63,994 nucleotides of DNA, filler included, from Acidimicrobiia bacterium (GCA_046759765.1; 4 parts of 4 records of this genome joined end to end with filler, not necessarily neighbours in it), one strand, 5' to 3'. Positions 51,096 through 61,212 are shown, numbered from the whole stretch's first letter. Notes: generated from the letters alone by a model not told the origin. Program-made: numbers and translations.

Positions 51096-52006
51096 TGGTT
51101 GCCTTTCAGTCCTACCAATGCTCTTCCGGCCCTGCTCATGTGAGGAATTCCAAACTTCGCGCAGAATTCCACCCCGATCCGCGCCACCTGGGCGATATCG
51201 ACTCCGGTCGGGACACCGAAGCCCTCGAGCATGTAAAGGAGATCTTCGGTCGCCAGATTCCCTCCTGCGCCCGGGGCGGAAGGACTTCCGCCCAGGCCGG
51301 CTACGGAAGCGTCGAATCTCGTGATTCCCCGCTCGAGGGCTGCTGCCGCGTTGGCCAGAGCCTGACCGTAGGTGTCGTGTGGGTGAAGCGCGAGGTTCTC
51401 TAGGGGTACGACTTCCAGTGTTCGGTCGAGCAGCCGGTTTACGGTGGCGGGAGTCCCCTCTCCCGTTGTATCACCGAGGGCTACTTCATCGCAGCCGAGC
51501 TCCAAGAGGCGTGCCGCCAGCTTGGCCGCTTGCTCGGGCGCGACCGGTCCCTCGTAGGGACAGCTCACGGCGCAGGACACGTAACCCCGGGCTGAGATAC
51601 CGGCCGGTATGGCCGCCTCGAGAATGTCGGAGATCCGTTCGAGGGACCCTTCGATCGTCGTGTTGGTGTTGCGAAGCGTGTATGTCTCGGTTGCCGCCGC
51701 CAGCACACCTATATGACCGAGGCCCGCCCTCGTCGCTGCTTCGAGGCCTTTCAAGTTGGGAACGAGGGCCGAAAAGCGTGCTTCGGTGTCTGGGGGCAGA
51801 GCCGCGGCCACGTCGGCGGCGTCTCTCATCTGCGGTACAGCTGTCGGACTGACGAAACTGGTCGCCTCGATGAAGCGAAGCCCGGCTGCGGCCAGGTCGG
51901 CAATTAGCTGGCCTTTGTCCGGTGTGGGGATGAAGTCAGGGATCGCCTGCAGCCCATCACGGGGGCTCACCTCGAGAATCTGGACTTCGTTCCGGGCTGC
52001 GTTCAC
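51092..52006 (-). CDS. Hydroxymethylglutaryl-CoA lyase family protein
   Basis: EVSPRDGLQ, LHPHDTYG, GLGGSP...GNLATED. Confidence 0.85.
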   Translation of the reverse strand: MNAARNEVQILEVSPRDGLQAIPDFIPTPDKGQLIADLAAAGLRFIEATSFVSPTAVPQMRDAADVAAALPPDTEARFSALVPNLKGLEAATRAGLGHIGVLAAATETYTLRNTNTTIEGSLERISDILEAAIPAGISARGYVSCAVSCPYEGPVAPEQAAKLAARLLELGCDEVALGDTTGEGTPATVNRLLDRTLEVVPLENLALHPHDTYGQALANAAAALERGITRFDASVAGLGGSPSAPGAGGNLATEDLLYMLEGFGVPTGVDIAQVARIGVEFCAKFGIPHMSRAGRALVGLKGNQ

Positions 52007-52071
52007 CTCCTGAGCATCTTACGAGCCGGAGTCGGTACCGAAGGCACACGTAGGGGCGCTAGGCTGGCCTC

Positions 52072-52401
52072 GTGGATCGTTCACATTTGCGTCCACTCGA
52101 GCGGGCCGTGCTAGCTCGGCTCGACGAGGGGCTCACGACGGAGGAGATTGCCGAACGGTTCCGCGCGGGAACCGATCACATCGAGCGGGTGATCTCCTAC
52201 ACGAAGATCCCGCGAACAACCGCTGCCAGTGATCAGTCCTACGGTGGCCTTCGTCCCTTGGAGCGGAGGGTCCTCTACTGGCGCGATAGGGGCCTTTCTC
52301 ACGCGCAGATAGGTGACATGTTCGGGAGAAGCCCCGCTCACATCCGGCGGGTCGAGGGCCTGGCCTACCTACGAAAAGGCCGCTTGCTGCTGGAAACCTG
52401 A
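52072..52401 (+). CDS. Small protein with two tandem HTH-like repeats
   Basis: LRPLERAVL..GLTTEEIAERF...HIERV and LRPLERRVL..GLSHAQIGDMF...HIRRV. Confidence 0.7.
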   Translation: MDRSHLRPLERAVLARLDEGLTTEEIAERFRAGTDHIERVISYTKIPRTTAASDQSYGGLRPLERRVLYWRDRGLSHAQIGDMFGRSPAHIRRVEGLAYLRKGRLLLET

Positions 52402-52456
52402 TCGGTCGACAGCCGTCGAGAAGCTCCTAAGGAAGAGGCCTTTGCTCGTTGGTTGG

Positions 52457-52753
52457 TCAGCTGGCCCGACGGACCTCGTCTAGCCAGGAACGACGGAGCT
52501 TTCGGCGACCGGTTGGCGTCTGACCTCCCCAGATCCCCTCGGTCTGGTTGGTCTCGAGTGCGTATGTCAGGCATTCATCCTGCACGGGGCAGGTGTCACA
52601 CACAGCTTTGGCGGCCGCAATCCTGCCCGGGGTCGGCTCAGAGCCGGGGAAGAACAGCTCGGGGTCGTGGCCGCGGCAGGCCGCGTACTCCCTCCAAGTC
52701 GGCTCAGCCCCCTGCTGCAGCGGGCCCGCCAGCGACGCGTGGTCGAGCCTCAT
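52457..52753 (-). CDS. WhiB family transcriptional regulator
   Basis: AACRGHDPELFFP, AKAVCDTCPV..EC, GIWGG; exact start uncertain. Confidence 0.93.
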   Translation of the reverse strand: MRLDHASLAGPLQQGAEPTWREYAACRGHDPELFFPGSEPTPGRIAAAKAVCDTCPVQDECLTYALETNQTEGIWGGQTPTGRRKLRRSWLDEVRRAS

Positions 52754-52816
52754 TAGATAATCAGTAACGCCGGCGGGAGCTTGTTTGTTCCCCTGTCGGA
52801 TACCCTGCTGGCCGCA

Positions 52817-53335
52817 ATGGACGTCTCCGACCGGGTTCTGGGCCAACTCGACGATCTAGGCGTGCCCTATGAGGTGATGGCGTGTGACCCTGAATATGCC
52901 GATACGGCGGCGTTCTGTGAGCACTATGGGATCGACCCGGGCATCTCCGCCAACGCGATCCTTATATCCTCCAAGCGCCCGCAGGGGCACCACGCGCTCT
53001 GCGTCGCGCTGGCCACCACGAGGCTCGACGTGAACCACCGCGTCCGCGGGCTGATGGGGGTGCGGAAGCTGTCGTTCGCCTCAGCCGAAGAGACAGTTGA
53101 GGTGACCGGCATGACGATCGGAGGGGTCACTCCCTTCGGCGTGCCGGCCGATCTGCCTATCTATGTAGATGAAGCGGTGATGGAACCGGACACGATCATT
53201 TTGGGTGGCGGCAATCGTTCCTCGAAGATCCGTGTGAACCCGGAGGTGTTCCGCAAGCTGACCGGGGCCGTGGTGGTATCCGACCTCGCTCACGAGGTCA
53301 GCGCTCACCGGGACGCCGCGCCGCCCGACGAATGA
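52817..53335 (+). CDS. YbaK/EbsC family aminoacyl-tRNA editing-domain protein
   Basis: SFAS.EE...TGMTIGGVTPFG, GGGNRSSK. Confidence 0.85.
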   Translation: MDVSDRVLGQLDDLGVPYEVMACDPEYADTAAFCEHYGIDPGISANAILISSKRPQGHHALCVALATTRLDVNHRVRGLMGVRKLSFASAEETVEVTGMTIGGVTPFGVPADLPIYVDEAVMEPDTIILGGGNRSSKIRVNPEVFRKLTGAVVVSDLAHEVSAHRDAAPPDE

Positions 53336-54047
53336 GAAAGAAGTAGCCGGCCGCGGCTATGGCCGCGAAGGAAAACCACTGGATGGCGTAACCGCGGTGT
53401 GGGCCCTCGTCTAGGGGAGGCTGGGGAAGGACGACTGGAAGCGCTCCGGGCTCAGGGGTCTGAGCTACGAGCTCAATGGTCACGGGTACCAGGTCGAGCG
53501 GGACCTGAGACTGTATTCGATCGATGTTGAGCCAAAACACTTGGTCAAGGTGCCCCTCGCTGGGATCTCGAGGACCGATCCGAGGCGGATCAACCGATGC
53601 CCTGATCCTTCCCTCCACCGTGACCGGCCCGAGAGGCGGCAACGCCGGCCCGACCGGTGGCTCATCGAACTCCTGTGGTACGAACCCGCGGTTGACTAGG
53701 ACGGCCTTGTCTCCATAGGAAAGCGGGGTCACGACGTGATATCCGGCCTGGCCCGCAAGACTGCGCGACCGGACCAGTATTTCGTGTTCGGGTGCGTAAG
53801 TTCCGCGTACGGCCACTCTTCGAAACTCGAGTTCGGCGCCAGGATCCGACCCGGCAGGGACGGAACGGAGGGCAACAGACAGATCGACCACCGGCGCGGC
53901 GCTCCTGGCCTGGATGACCTCGTTGTTGCTGATTCGATCGGAGAGCCGGTTCAGCTGCCAGATGCCAGCGGCAAGGAACAGGATGATCCCGGCTGCCGCC
54001 AGGGTGTGGCCGAGGATCCACCTTGGTCGCACGAGGAAGCCGTACAT
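53298..54047 (-). CDS. SURF1 family protein
   Basis: GIWQLNR, GYHVVTPL, LVNRGFVP, HRGYAIQWF. Confidence 0.9.
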   Translation of the reverse strand: MYGFLVRPRWILGHTLAAAGIILFLAAGIWQLNRLSDRISNNEVIQARSAAPVVDLSVALRSVPAGSDPGAELEFRRVAVRGTYAPEHEILVRSRSLAGQAGYHVVTPLSYGDKAVLVNRGFVPQEFDEPPVGPALPPLGPVTVEGRIRASVDPPRIGPRDPSEGHLDQVFWLNIDRIQSQVPLDLVPVTIELVAQTPEPGALPVVLPQPPLDEGPHRGYAIQWFSFAAIAAAGYFFLIRRAARRPGER

Positions 54048-54077
54048 AGGTGGATTATCACCTGAAGACCGCACCAG

Positions 54078-55451
54078 TCACGCGCTAGTGGCTCCTAGAT
54101 CCTTATCCCATCGGACCTCATGGACGCGCATTGGGTCATCGAACCCTCGCAGCTCAACCTCCCCCTTGTCGCCGAAGTCGAAGCCCTTGCCGGCAACGAG
54201 CTGTCTCACAACGTCCGAAACGTAGATCTCGTCTCCGTCTGCGTGTGCGGCAATGCGAGCCGCAGCTATCACGGCAGTGCCATAGAGATCGTCGTCCTCC
54301 TCGATCGGCTCGCCTGCATTCAGGCCGATACGCAACCTTATTCGGTGGGCCTGTGTCTCATTGCGGGCGGCGAACCGGCGTTGGATCGCGATAGCGCACT
54401 CGACTGCTCCCACCGCCGAGCCAAACGATGCCATGAACCCATCGCCCATGGCCTTGATCTCCGTTCCACGATGCGTACGAAGCTCGTCCCGCACCAGCTC
54501 CTCGTGCGCTTTCAATAGGTCGCGTACCCGTGTATCACCGAGCTCCTGCGTCAGGGACGTCGAGCCCTCCACGTCGGTGAACAGGATCGTGCGTAGCTGG
54601 CCTGCTCCCTTCGGGGTTTCTTCACTGACGGTGCTCGCGCCACCGCCCAAGAACATGTCGATCTCATGTATGACCTCTGTTGCATCACCGAGGTAAGGCG
54701 CCACCGTGGTGCCTTCCAGCACCGACAGCCGAGCACCGGGTATTCCCGCCGCCAGCGCCTGCGCCTGCTCGAAACGCCCAATCCCTACCTCGCGGCGATG
54801 CAGGACGAGCGTCGGACAGCGCACGTCTGCGAGCCGGGATGTCACGTCGAATTCGGTGGTGGCTGCGAGGGATGTCCGTGCCATCTCGGGTGTTGTGCAC
54901 TCGTGTACGAGACGGGCGAATCGATGCGCTGCCTCGGGTTCCGACCAACCGAGGAGCAGGCGCGCAACTAGTTCGGTGTAAAAGTCCCAATCCTGGTCAA
55001 TGATCGGTCGGCTGGCTTGTGTTAGCGGCGATTGGGCAAATTCGTAACCATCCGGATAGGAGCAGAAGAGCACGAGATTTTCCACCCGTTCCGGGTTCCG
55101 CGCCGCGTACTCGACTGCCACCGGGCCCGAGTGCAACCCTGCATACAGATCGAACGTTTCGAGCCCCAGACGTTCGACAACGGCTACGAGGTCGAGCAGT
55201 TGGTCATCTATTGCCTGCGAATCCACGTCCCGTTGCGAAAGCCCGAAACCGCGCCCGTCGTACCTCACGAGCTGTCGGCCGCGCGCGAGCCCCTCGTACC
55301 AATCGCGAATCTCGGGGATCTGCCATTCGAGCTGTAGATGGCTCCAGGGCATCGAGGGCATCGCGACCAGCGCCTTGCCCTCGCCCATCGCCCAGAATGC
55401 GATGCTGACTCCGTCACTGGTCTGGCCGTACTGGATGAGTGGATCCATCAA
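54078..55451 (-). CDS. Alpha/beta-hydrolase fold fused to class III adenylate cyclase (LipJ-like)
   Basis: RYDGRGFGLS; ILFTDVEGST, KAMGDG, RIGLNAGE, AAR. Confidence 0.88.
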   Translation of the reverse strand: MMDPLIQYGQTSDGVSIAFWAMGEGKALVAMPSMPWSHLQLEWQIPEIRDWYEGLARGRQLVRYDGRGFGLSQRDVDSQAIDDQLLDLVAVVERLGLETFDLYAGLHSGPVAVEYAARNPERVENLVLFCSYPDGYEFAQSPLTQASRPIIDQDWDFYTELVARLLLGWSEPEAAHRFARLVHECTTPEMARTSLAATTEFDVTSRLADVRCPTLVLHRREVGIGRFEQAQALAAGIPGARLSVLEGTTVAPYLGDATEVIHEIDMFLGGGASTVSEETPKGAGQLRTILFTDVEGSTSLTQELGDTRVRDLLKAHEELVRDELRTHRGTEIKAMGDGFMASFGSAVGAVECAIAIQRRFAARNETQAHRIRLRIGLNAGEPIEEDDDLYGTAVIAAARIAAHADGDEIYVSDVVRQLVAGKGFDFGDKGEVELRGFDDPMRVHEVRWDKDLGATSA

Positions 55452-55515
55452 GCTGTCATCGTAAGCCGGCGGTCGTTAGACCAAGAAAACCGGCCGGACC
55501 ACCTCGGGCTTATGT

Positions 55516-57024
55516 TCAGAAGTAGGCGACGCTGCCTTCCCGGCGGGAGTCGGACGCGGCAGATAAGTCTCCCGACGAGCTCTTCGTCGCCAGGGCAACG
55601 CCCCCGAAGAACATATCCAGATCGGCGAAGCTCCTGGCCCGCATACCCGGTAGCTCGATCTCCAGGCCCGGCTCGTGCAGCACCAGCGGCCCGTGCTCAT
55701 CCTGATCGACGTGGAGCCTTGGAGCTGAAATGGCTCCCTTTGGGCCCATCCCCATCTTGATGAGATTTACCATCACTTGGAGAAGCGCAGTAGCTATCCG
55801 CCCGGCGCCCGGCGAGCCCACCGCCAAGGCGGAGCCATCCGACCGTCGAGCGGCGGTCGGCGCCATATTCGATGCCAGGCGGCTTCCGGGCTCCAGGGCG
55901 TGAACTCCTCGCCGGTTCAGCTCGAGCTCGCCCAAGTGGTTGTTGAGCCATAGCCCCGTGCCCGGGATCACCACGCCCGCTCCGTAGCCCATCGAAACTG
56001 TGACGGAACATACAAGGCCGTCTCGGTCCACGGCTGAGGTGTGTGACGTGGAGGGTGCCGCGAGCGCCTCGGGGTCGCCGCCGGAAGCCTTCTCCAAGAG
56101 CGTTGCCGCATCCCGGCTGAGGTCGGTCGAGACGTCCAGCTTTCTGCGGCGATGATCGAGAACGGTTGCCTGAATCTGGACCATCTGAGCAATCTCGTCG
56201 GATCCCCATTCCGGCCATGACAAGGGAGAGGCCAAAAGGAGCATGGCCGCCAGCGTCGCGCCGCCTACGGCGGGCGGGGGATTGGTAGCCACGTTCCAGC
56301 TATCTATGTCTGCGCGGAGCGGTTGGCGGACGATCGCCTCATAGGCCTCGAGATCGGATTCCCCGATGAGGCCTCCGTGATCTTTCATGTCTTCCACGAG
56401 CCGGTTGGCCATCTCGCCGCGATACAGCAGACCTACACCTTCGGTGGCAAAGGCTTCGAGAGCCTCGGCCAGGTCCGGAATGCTTATCTCTGTGCCGGGT
56501 GCGGCCGGGTCACCGTCCGGCCCCAGTACGGATTGCTCGGCTTCCCCGTAGATGGCGTCGTAGCTCGTGATCAGGTATCGATACGAGGCCGGCGGCATTG
56601 GGAACCCTCGCAGGGCGTGCTCTATCGCGGGTCGAAAGAGCTCTGGCCACGGTGCCCGACCGTAGAGCCGGTGAGCCTCTGCAATTGCAGCAGGCGAGCC
56701 AGGGGTCGCAACGGATCCATGGCCGACCAGCGTGCTCACCCCGTCGCCGTACGGAAAGTCCGCTTTTCGGAGGCCTCCGCCTCGGCTTTCGGGCGGCGCC
56801 TCACGTCCCGGCATTTCGGCATAGCCGTCGACCGTTACGGGTTCATCGTCAGGTGGCCAGATCGTAACGAACCCGCCTCCGACCAGCGACGAGACGCCGG
56901 GTTCGGTGGTCGCAGCGACGATGGCCGAGGCAAGTGCAGCGTCGACGGCGTTACCGCCCTCAGCTGCCAGACGAGCTCCTGCCTCGGCAGCCAGCGCGGA
57001 ACTGGAAGCAACGGCGATTTGCAC
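55516..57024 (-). CDS. Gamma-glutamyltransferase family protein
   Basis: GGNAVDAA, STSHTSAVD (Thr nucleophile), ASNMAP, GSPG, PRLH. Confidence 0.9.
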   Translation of the reverse strand: MQIAVASSSALAAEAGARLAAEGGNAVDAALASAIVAATTEPGVSSLVGGGFVTIWPPDDEPVTVDGYAEMPGREAPPESRGGGLRKADFPYGDGVSTLVGHGSVATPGSPAAIAEAHRLYGRAPWPELFRPAIEHALRGFPMPPASYRYLITSYDAIYGEAEQSVLGPDGDPAAPGTEISIPDLAEALEAFATEGVGLLYRGEMANRLVEDMKDHGGLIGESDLEAYEAIVRQPLRADIDSWNVATNPPPAVGGATLAAMLLLASPLSWPEWGSDEIAQMVQIQATVLDHRRRKLDVSTDLSRDAATLLEKASGGDPEALAAPSTSHTSAVDRDGLVCSVTVSMGYGAGVVIPGTGLWLNNHLGELELNRRGVHALEPGSRLASNMAPTAARRSDGSALAVGSPGAGRIATALLQVMVNLIKMGMGPKGAISAPRLHVDQDEHGPLVLHEPGLEIELPGMRARSFADLDMFFGGVALATKSSSGDLSAASDSRREGSVAYF

Positions 57025-57035
57025 TCGATCGGAGG

Positions 57036-57374
57036 CTAGCTATGCCCATGACCGCCCCCGCCCAGCCACTGTTCCTCACCCATTGCCCGTGTCGCACTCC
57101 CCGCGACTACCTCGAGACGGCTTCGGCCGGCGCCGTTGGTCTGCGTGAACTGACGCTGGAGCGAGCCAGAAAACCACATTCCATCCCCTGTTCGCGCGGC
57201 CAGGTTCTCTTCGGTCGGCGCGAGGAGCGTTACCGGAATCACGTTGAGTGTGGGCCGGGACCCGATGCTCGATCGAACCCCGAGCAGATAGCGCGCCCGC
57301 GGGCCAGTGTCGAGCTGGCGAGGCTCGGGAGGCGCCGCCAGGCGACCCCAAAGCACGACCAGGTTGAGATCCAT
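57036..57374 (-). CDS. Short single-stranded DNA-binding (OB-fold) protein
   Basis: NLVVLWGRL...PE.R, GSLQRQF, SRLEVVA; no acidic tail. Confidence 0.75.
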   Translation of the reverse strand: MDLNLVVLWGRLAAPPEPRQLDTGPRARYLLGVRSSIGSRPTLNVIPVTLLAPTEENLAARTGDGMWFSGSLQRQFTQTNGAGRSRLEVVAGSATRAMGEEQWLGGGGHGHS

Positions 57375-57422
57375 TTCTCTCCCCTTTCAGTGTGGGGGAC
57401 CTGCGTGAGGGCGATGGGTCTG

Positions 57423-57445
57423 AAGGTAGGGTCTGCCTGTGACAC
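57423..57445 (-). promoter_or_regulatory. RecA-NDp/PafBC-type promoter (candidate) for the SSB-like gene
   Basis: Minus strand GTGTCACAG-GCAGACCC-TACCTT; TGTC-N12-TAnnnT. Confidence 0.55.
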
Positions 57446-58365
57446 GAATTGAAAGGCTGGCGGACGACCTCTATCTCATCGACGCCTATATGGAAGGTCA
57501 TCCCCAGAGACTGGCCTGCTACCTATTTGATACCCCACAACGGGTTTTGATCGAGGTCGGACCTTCGGCCACTCTCGACCACCTGGTTCGCTCACTGAAT
57601 GAGCTCGGGATAGACGACCTGTGGGCGATCGTTGTCACTCATGTCCATCTCGATCACGCCGGAGGCGTTGGTCACCTAGCGGCCCGGTTTCCGGACGCTC
57701 GCATAGGGGTCCACTCGGCCGGGGCCCGTCATCTCGTGAACCCGGAGCGGCTCTGGAACTCGGCCGCCCGGATCTACGGAGACGAAGAGCTGACGGCGAT
57801 GTGGGGAACCATGGAACCGATCTCGGAAGAACGCCTCCTCGTTTTGGAGGAAGGCAGTCGGATTCCGCTCGGCGGCGGCAGTCGGCTCGATGTATTGGAC
57901 ACGCCAGGGCACGCGCAGCACCAGGTGGCCCTGTACGAAGAGGGTTCTGGGGGCCTGTTTGTGGGTGACACGGTCGGCGTTTGCTATCCGCATGGGCACT
58001 TCGTGATGCCGTTGTCTCCCCCACCGGACTTCGATCCTGAGGAGACGACACGGCAGATGCGGCGGATGGCCGAGCTGGACCCGGGGTTCGTCGGCTTTGC
58101 TCACTTTGGGCCGGCTTACGACGCGGCCCAAAAGCTGGCCGACGCCGAGGATCGCATGTGGGATTGGGTGAGAACTGTGAAGTCCTTCGGGAATGCTCGC
58201 CTCGATGACGAGGAGGCGGCGCAGCGTCTGCGGACCTGGACGCTAGACGACTACCAGGCTCGCGGGTACTCCCGCGAAGACATCATGCGGTACGACGAGA
58301 CCGTCTTCTGGCCGATGCAGATCACGGGTATCAGGAGATGGCTCAAGCAGCAAACCTCTCAATGA
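57439..58365 (+). CDS. MBL-fold metallo-hydrolase
   Basis: THVHLDHAGG, TPGHA.H, GD, AHFG. Confidence 0.92.
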   Translation: MTRIERLADDLYLIDAYMEGHPQRLACYLFDTPQRVLIEVGPSATLDHLVRSLNELGIDDLWAIVVTHVHLDHAGGVGHLAARFPDARIGVHSAGARHLVNPERLWNSAARIYGDEELTAMWGTMEPISEERLLVLEEGSRIPLGGGSRLDVLDTPGHAQHQVALYEEGSGGLFVGDTVGVCYPHGHFVMPLSPPPDFDPEETTRQMRRMAELDPGFVGFAHFGPAYDAAQKLADAEDRMWDWVRTVKSFGNARLDDEEAAQRLRTWTLDDYQARGYSREDIMRYDETVFWPMQITGIRRWLKQQTSQ

Positions 58366-59146
58366 TGTCCTCGAGGGGTATCAGTCTTGGGATCGGGACG
58401 ACGTCTTGGCGCTCCAGGCGGCGTCCGTACACGTAGACCGGGATGCCGATCTCGAGGCGCTCCTTCAGCCATCTCATGTCTGACATGCGCACCCGGACAC
58501 AGCCGTGGGAGGCCGGATACCAAGGAACTGAGGGCGATCCGTGAATGGCATAGCCCCCGGTGAAGTAGAAGGGGTTGTACATCTCCCCCAGGTATGACTC
58601 GTACCAGCCAAACCGGCGGTTGTAGAGCTCGAACCGGCCCTCTGGTGTCCTCGCGGTGACGATTTGGCCGAAGAAGTTCTCGTACTTACCGCCGCTGGCG
58701 GTCGATACGGGTAGGACGGCTTTCACATCGGAATTCTCAACCAAATACATGATCTGACGGCTCAGGTCGATCTCGATCCGATGGTCCTCTCCCCCAGGCC
58801 CGGGGACCGGTGTGCCGTCGACGAGAAGCTCCCAGCTGCGGGCCTCAAAGCCTGGCTCGTCACTGATGTTGTGAACCTTGGAGAAGACACGCACCGCGGC
58901 GGCGGTGCTCCATCCGTAGACGCCCTCGCGGTCGTAGATACTGAAACCCGCGCGCCGGAGGGCCTTGTGTAGCTCCGTGACCCAAACTCCCCGATCCTTG
59001 GGGCGGACCTCTGGTCCGAGATATTCGATCGGGTCGACAAACGGTGGCCGAACACCGGGTTCGATAGCCGCGGCCGGCTGCGCAACTGCAATTGCCATCA
59101 TGGACACCAGCGCCACCAGTCTCGCCCGGGAGAGCCTCCGCCTCAC
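58343..59146 (-). CDS. L,D-transpeptidase with peptidoglycan-binding domain
   Basis: IEIDLSRQ, RTPEG, AIHG...ASHGCVR; GTG 59146 follows TAGAGT. Confidence 0.88.
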   Translation of the reverse strand: MRRRLSRARLVALVSMMAIAVAQPAAAIEPGVRPPFVDPIEYLGPEVRPKDRGVWVTELHKALRRAGFSIYDREGVYGWSTAAAVRVFSKVHNISDEPGFEARSWELLVDGTPVPGPGGEDHRIEIDLSRQIMYLVENSDVKAVLPVSTASGGKYENFFGQIVTARTPEGRFELYNRRFGWYESYLGEMYNPFYFTGGYAIHGSPSVPWYPASHGCVRVRMSDMRWLKERLEIGIPVYVYGRRLERQDVVPIPRLIPLEDIIERFAA

Positions 59147-59183
59147 GGCGCCGAACTCTAACCACGAAACTCGCGGCCGGGTG

Positions 59184-59876
59184 TCAGGCCACCTGCGCGT
59201 CCAGTTCGTCCAGACCAACGAACTCCGGATCAGAGTCCCTAATCGCGTCGCGCAGCTGCCGGGCCGTCTTCTTGTCCCCGAGTCGGGCGGCGGCCCGAGC
59301 CGCCACGTACCAGCGTCGCAGTTCCCACGGCGACGGGTCCTTGGTTAGCCGCTTCGGTTTGGTGACCTCCCACGCCGATTTGGGATCGTCTTCGTCCAAC
59401 AGGAAGGAGCCGTAGACGACGCGAGCCTCGGCGTCGGCGGCGGGCGAGCCTCCCAGCTCGAGGAACGTGTCCCAGGTCTTGTGCACGTCGTCCGTACGGC
59501 CCAACGCCCGCAAGCAGTCCATCTCGACCGCCATATGCAGTGTGTCGCCGGCCATCCTCCGGTAGGCGCGCAGCTCCCGCAGGGCGATGTCCCAACGGGA
59601 AGTGTGATAAGCGGATAGCCCGAGCAGCTCCCTTACCGTGGCGGAGCGAGGTGCTAAATCCTTGGCTTTTCGTAGTGGCTCGAAGGCAGCCGCGTAGCGT
59701 TCCGATGCATAAGCGGCGGTGGCCTTCTCCAGATTCCGCAAGGCAGCCTCTCTGCGTGCCGGTGAGGTGGCACGGGTGATCTCGTCACGTACCCACCGGG
59801 GAAGCTTTCCGCCGGTAAAGGTTCGCTGTTGGTCTGGCCTCCGTCGGCCGCCGTTCGGTTGGCCCGGTCTCGCCAT
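59184..59876 (-). CDS. TPR-like protein (rrn-downstream actinobacterial type)
   Basis: VRELLGLSAY..ALRELRAYRRM..DCLRALGR. Confidence 0.75.
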   Translation of the reverse strand: MARPGQPNGGRRRPDQQRTFTGGKLPRWVRDEITRATSPARREAALRNLEKATAAYASERYAAAFEPLRKAKDLAPRSATVRELLGLSAYHTSRWDIALRELRAYRRMAGDTLHMAVEMDCLRALGRTDDVHKTWDTFLELGGSPAADAEARVVYGSFLLDEDDPKSAWEVTKPKRLTKDPSPWELRRWYVAARAAARLGDKKTARQLRDAIRDSDPEFVGLDELDAQVA

Positions 59877-59888
59877 GATGGGATGACA

Positions 59889-59919
59889 ATAGAGGGGCTG
59901 CACAACGCAGCCCCTCTAT
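59889..59919 (-). terminator. rRNA operon terminator hairpin
   Basis: ATAGAGGGGCTGC-N5-GCAGCCCCTCTAT just downstream of 5S. Confidence 0.75.
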
Positions 59920-59927
59920 GACAAGGT

Positions 59928-60045
<118 letters not shown>

Positions 60046-60104
60046 CGCTTTTGTGCTCGGCACCCCGAGCACTCCATAGCGAGCACCAAAGCTGAGGATC
60101 TCTA

Positions 60105-60720
<616 letters not shown>

Positions 60721-60820
60721 NNNNNNNNNNNNNNNNNNNNNNNNNNNNNNNNNNNNNNNNNNNNTTAATTAATTAANNNNNNNNNNNNNNNNNNNNNNNN
60801 NNNNNNNNNNNNNNNNNNNN
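60721..60820. other. Artificial contig linker
   Basis: N44-TTAATTAATTAA-N44. Confidence 0.98.
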
Positions 60821-60913
60821 TCCCGCGCGGCACGCCACCAGCACCGGATTTCGCGGATTCGTGCGACAGCCTCCCCCACAAGGGATTCCGGCCCGTAGCG
60901 AGGCTCTCTTCTC

Positions 60914-60963
60914 GGTGCCCCCGGCAGGATTCGAACCTGCGACACCCGGTTTAGGAAACCGGG
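60914..60963 (-). other. 3' fragment of tRNA-Arg(CCT), probable att site
   Basis: Minus strand CCCGGT-TTCCTAA-ACCGG-GTGTC-GCAGGTTCGAATCCTGC-CGGGGGCACC; no D arm or 5' acceptor strand upstream. Confidence 0.85.
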
Positions 60964-61212
60964 TTTAACGGGCGAGAAATCCCTTTAGTAAGGGCATTTT
61001 GGCCTTCAGGAGTCCGCGAGGAATCCGCGGAAGATCCTGGAAGGGTCTGATCAGAGTCGTTCGAGATCCGGCCTCCGGCCACGCTACGTAGTCGCAGCGA
61101 CCGTGCCTCGTGAGGAAGCCGCCTCGAATCAAGGCGTTGCCACCCTCGTTGCGTCTCACTCATAGAAGAAACAATCGTTCCATTTGTGAGTGGTAGTGGT
61201 TATGCTGTCGAG

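Noticed and set aside
60914..60963. Intact tRNA-Arg(CCT)
   Set aside because: The D arm and 5' acceptor strand are missing, so it is treated as an att fragment.
60721..60963. Island integrated next to or within the rRNA operon
   Set aside because: The two are on different contigs separated by an artificial linker.
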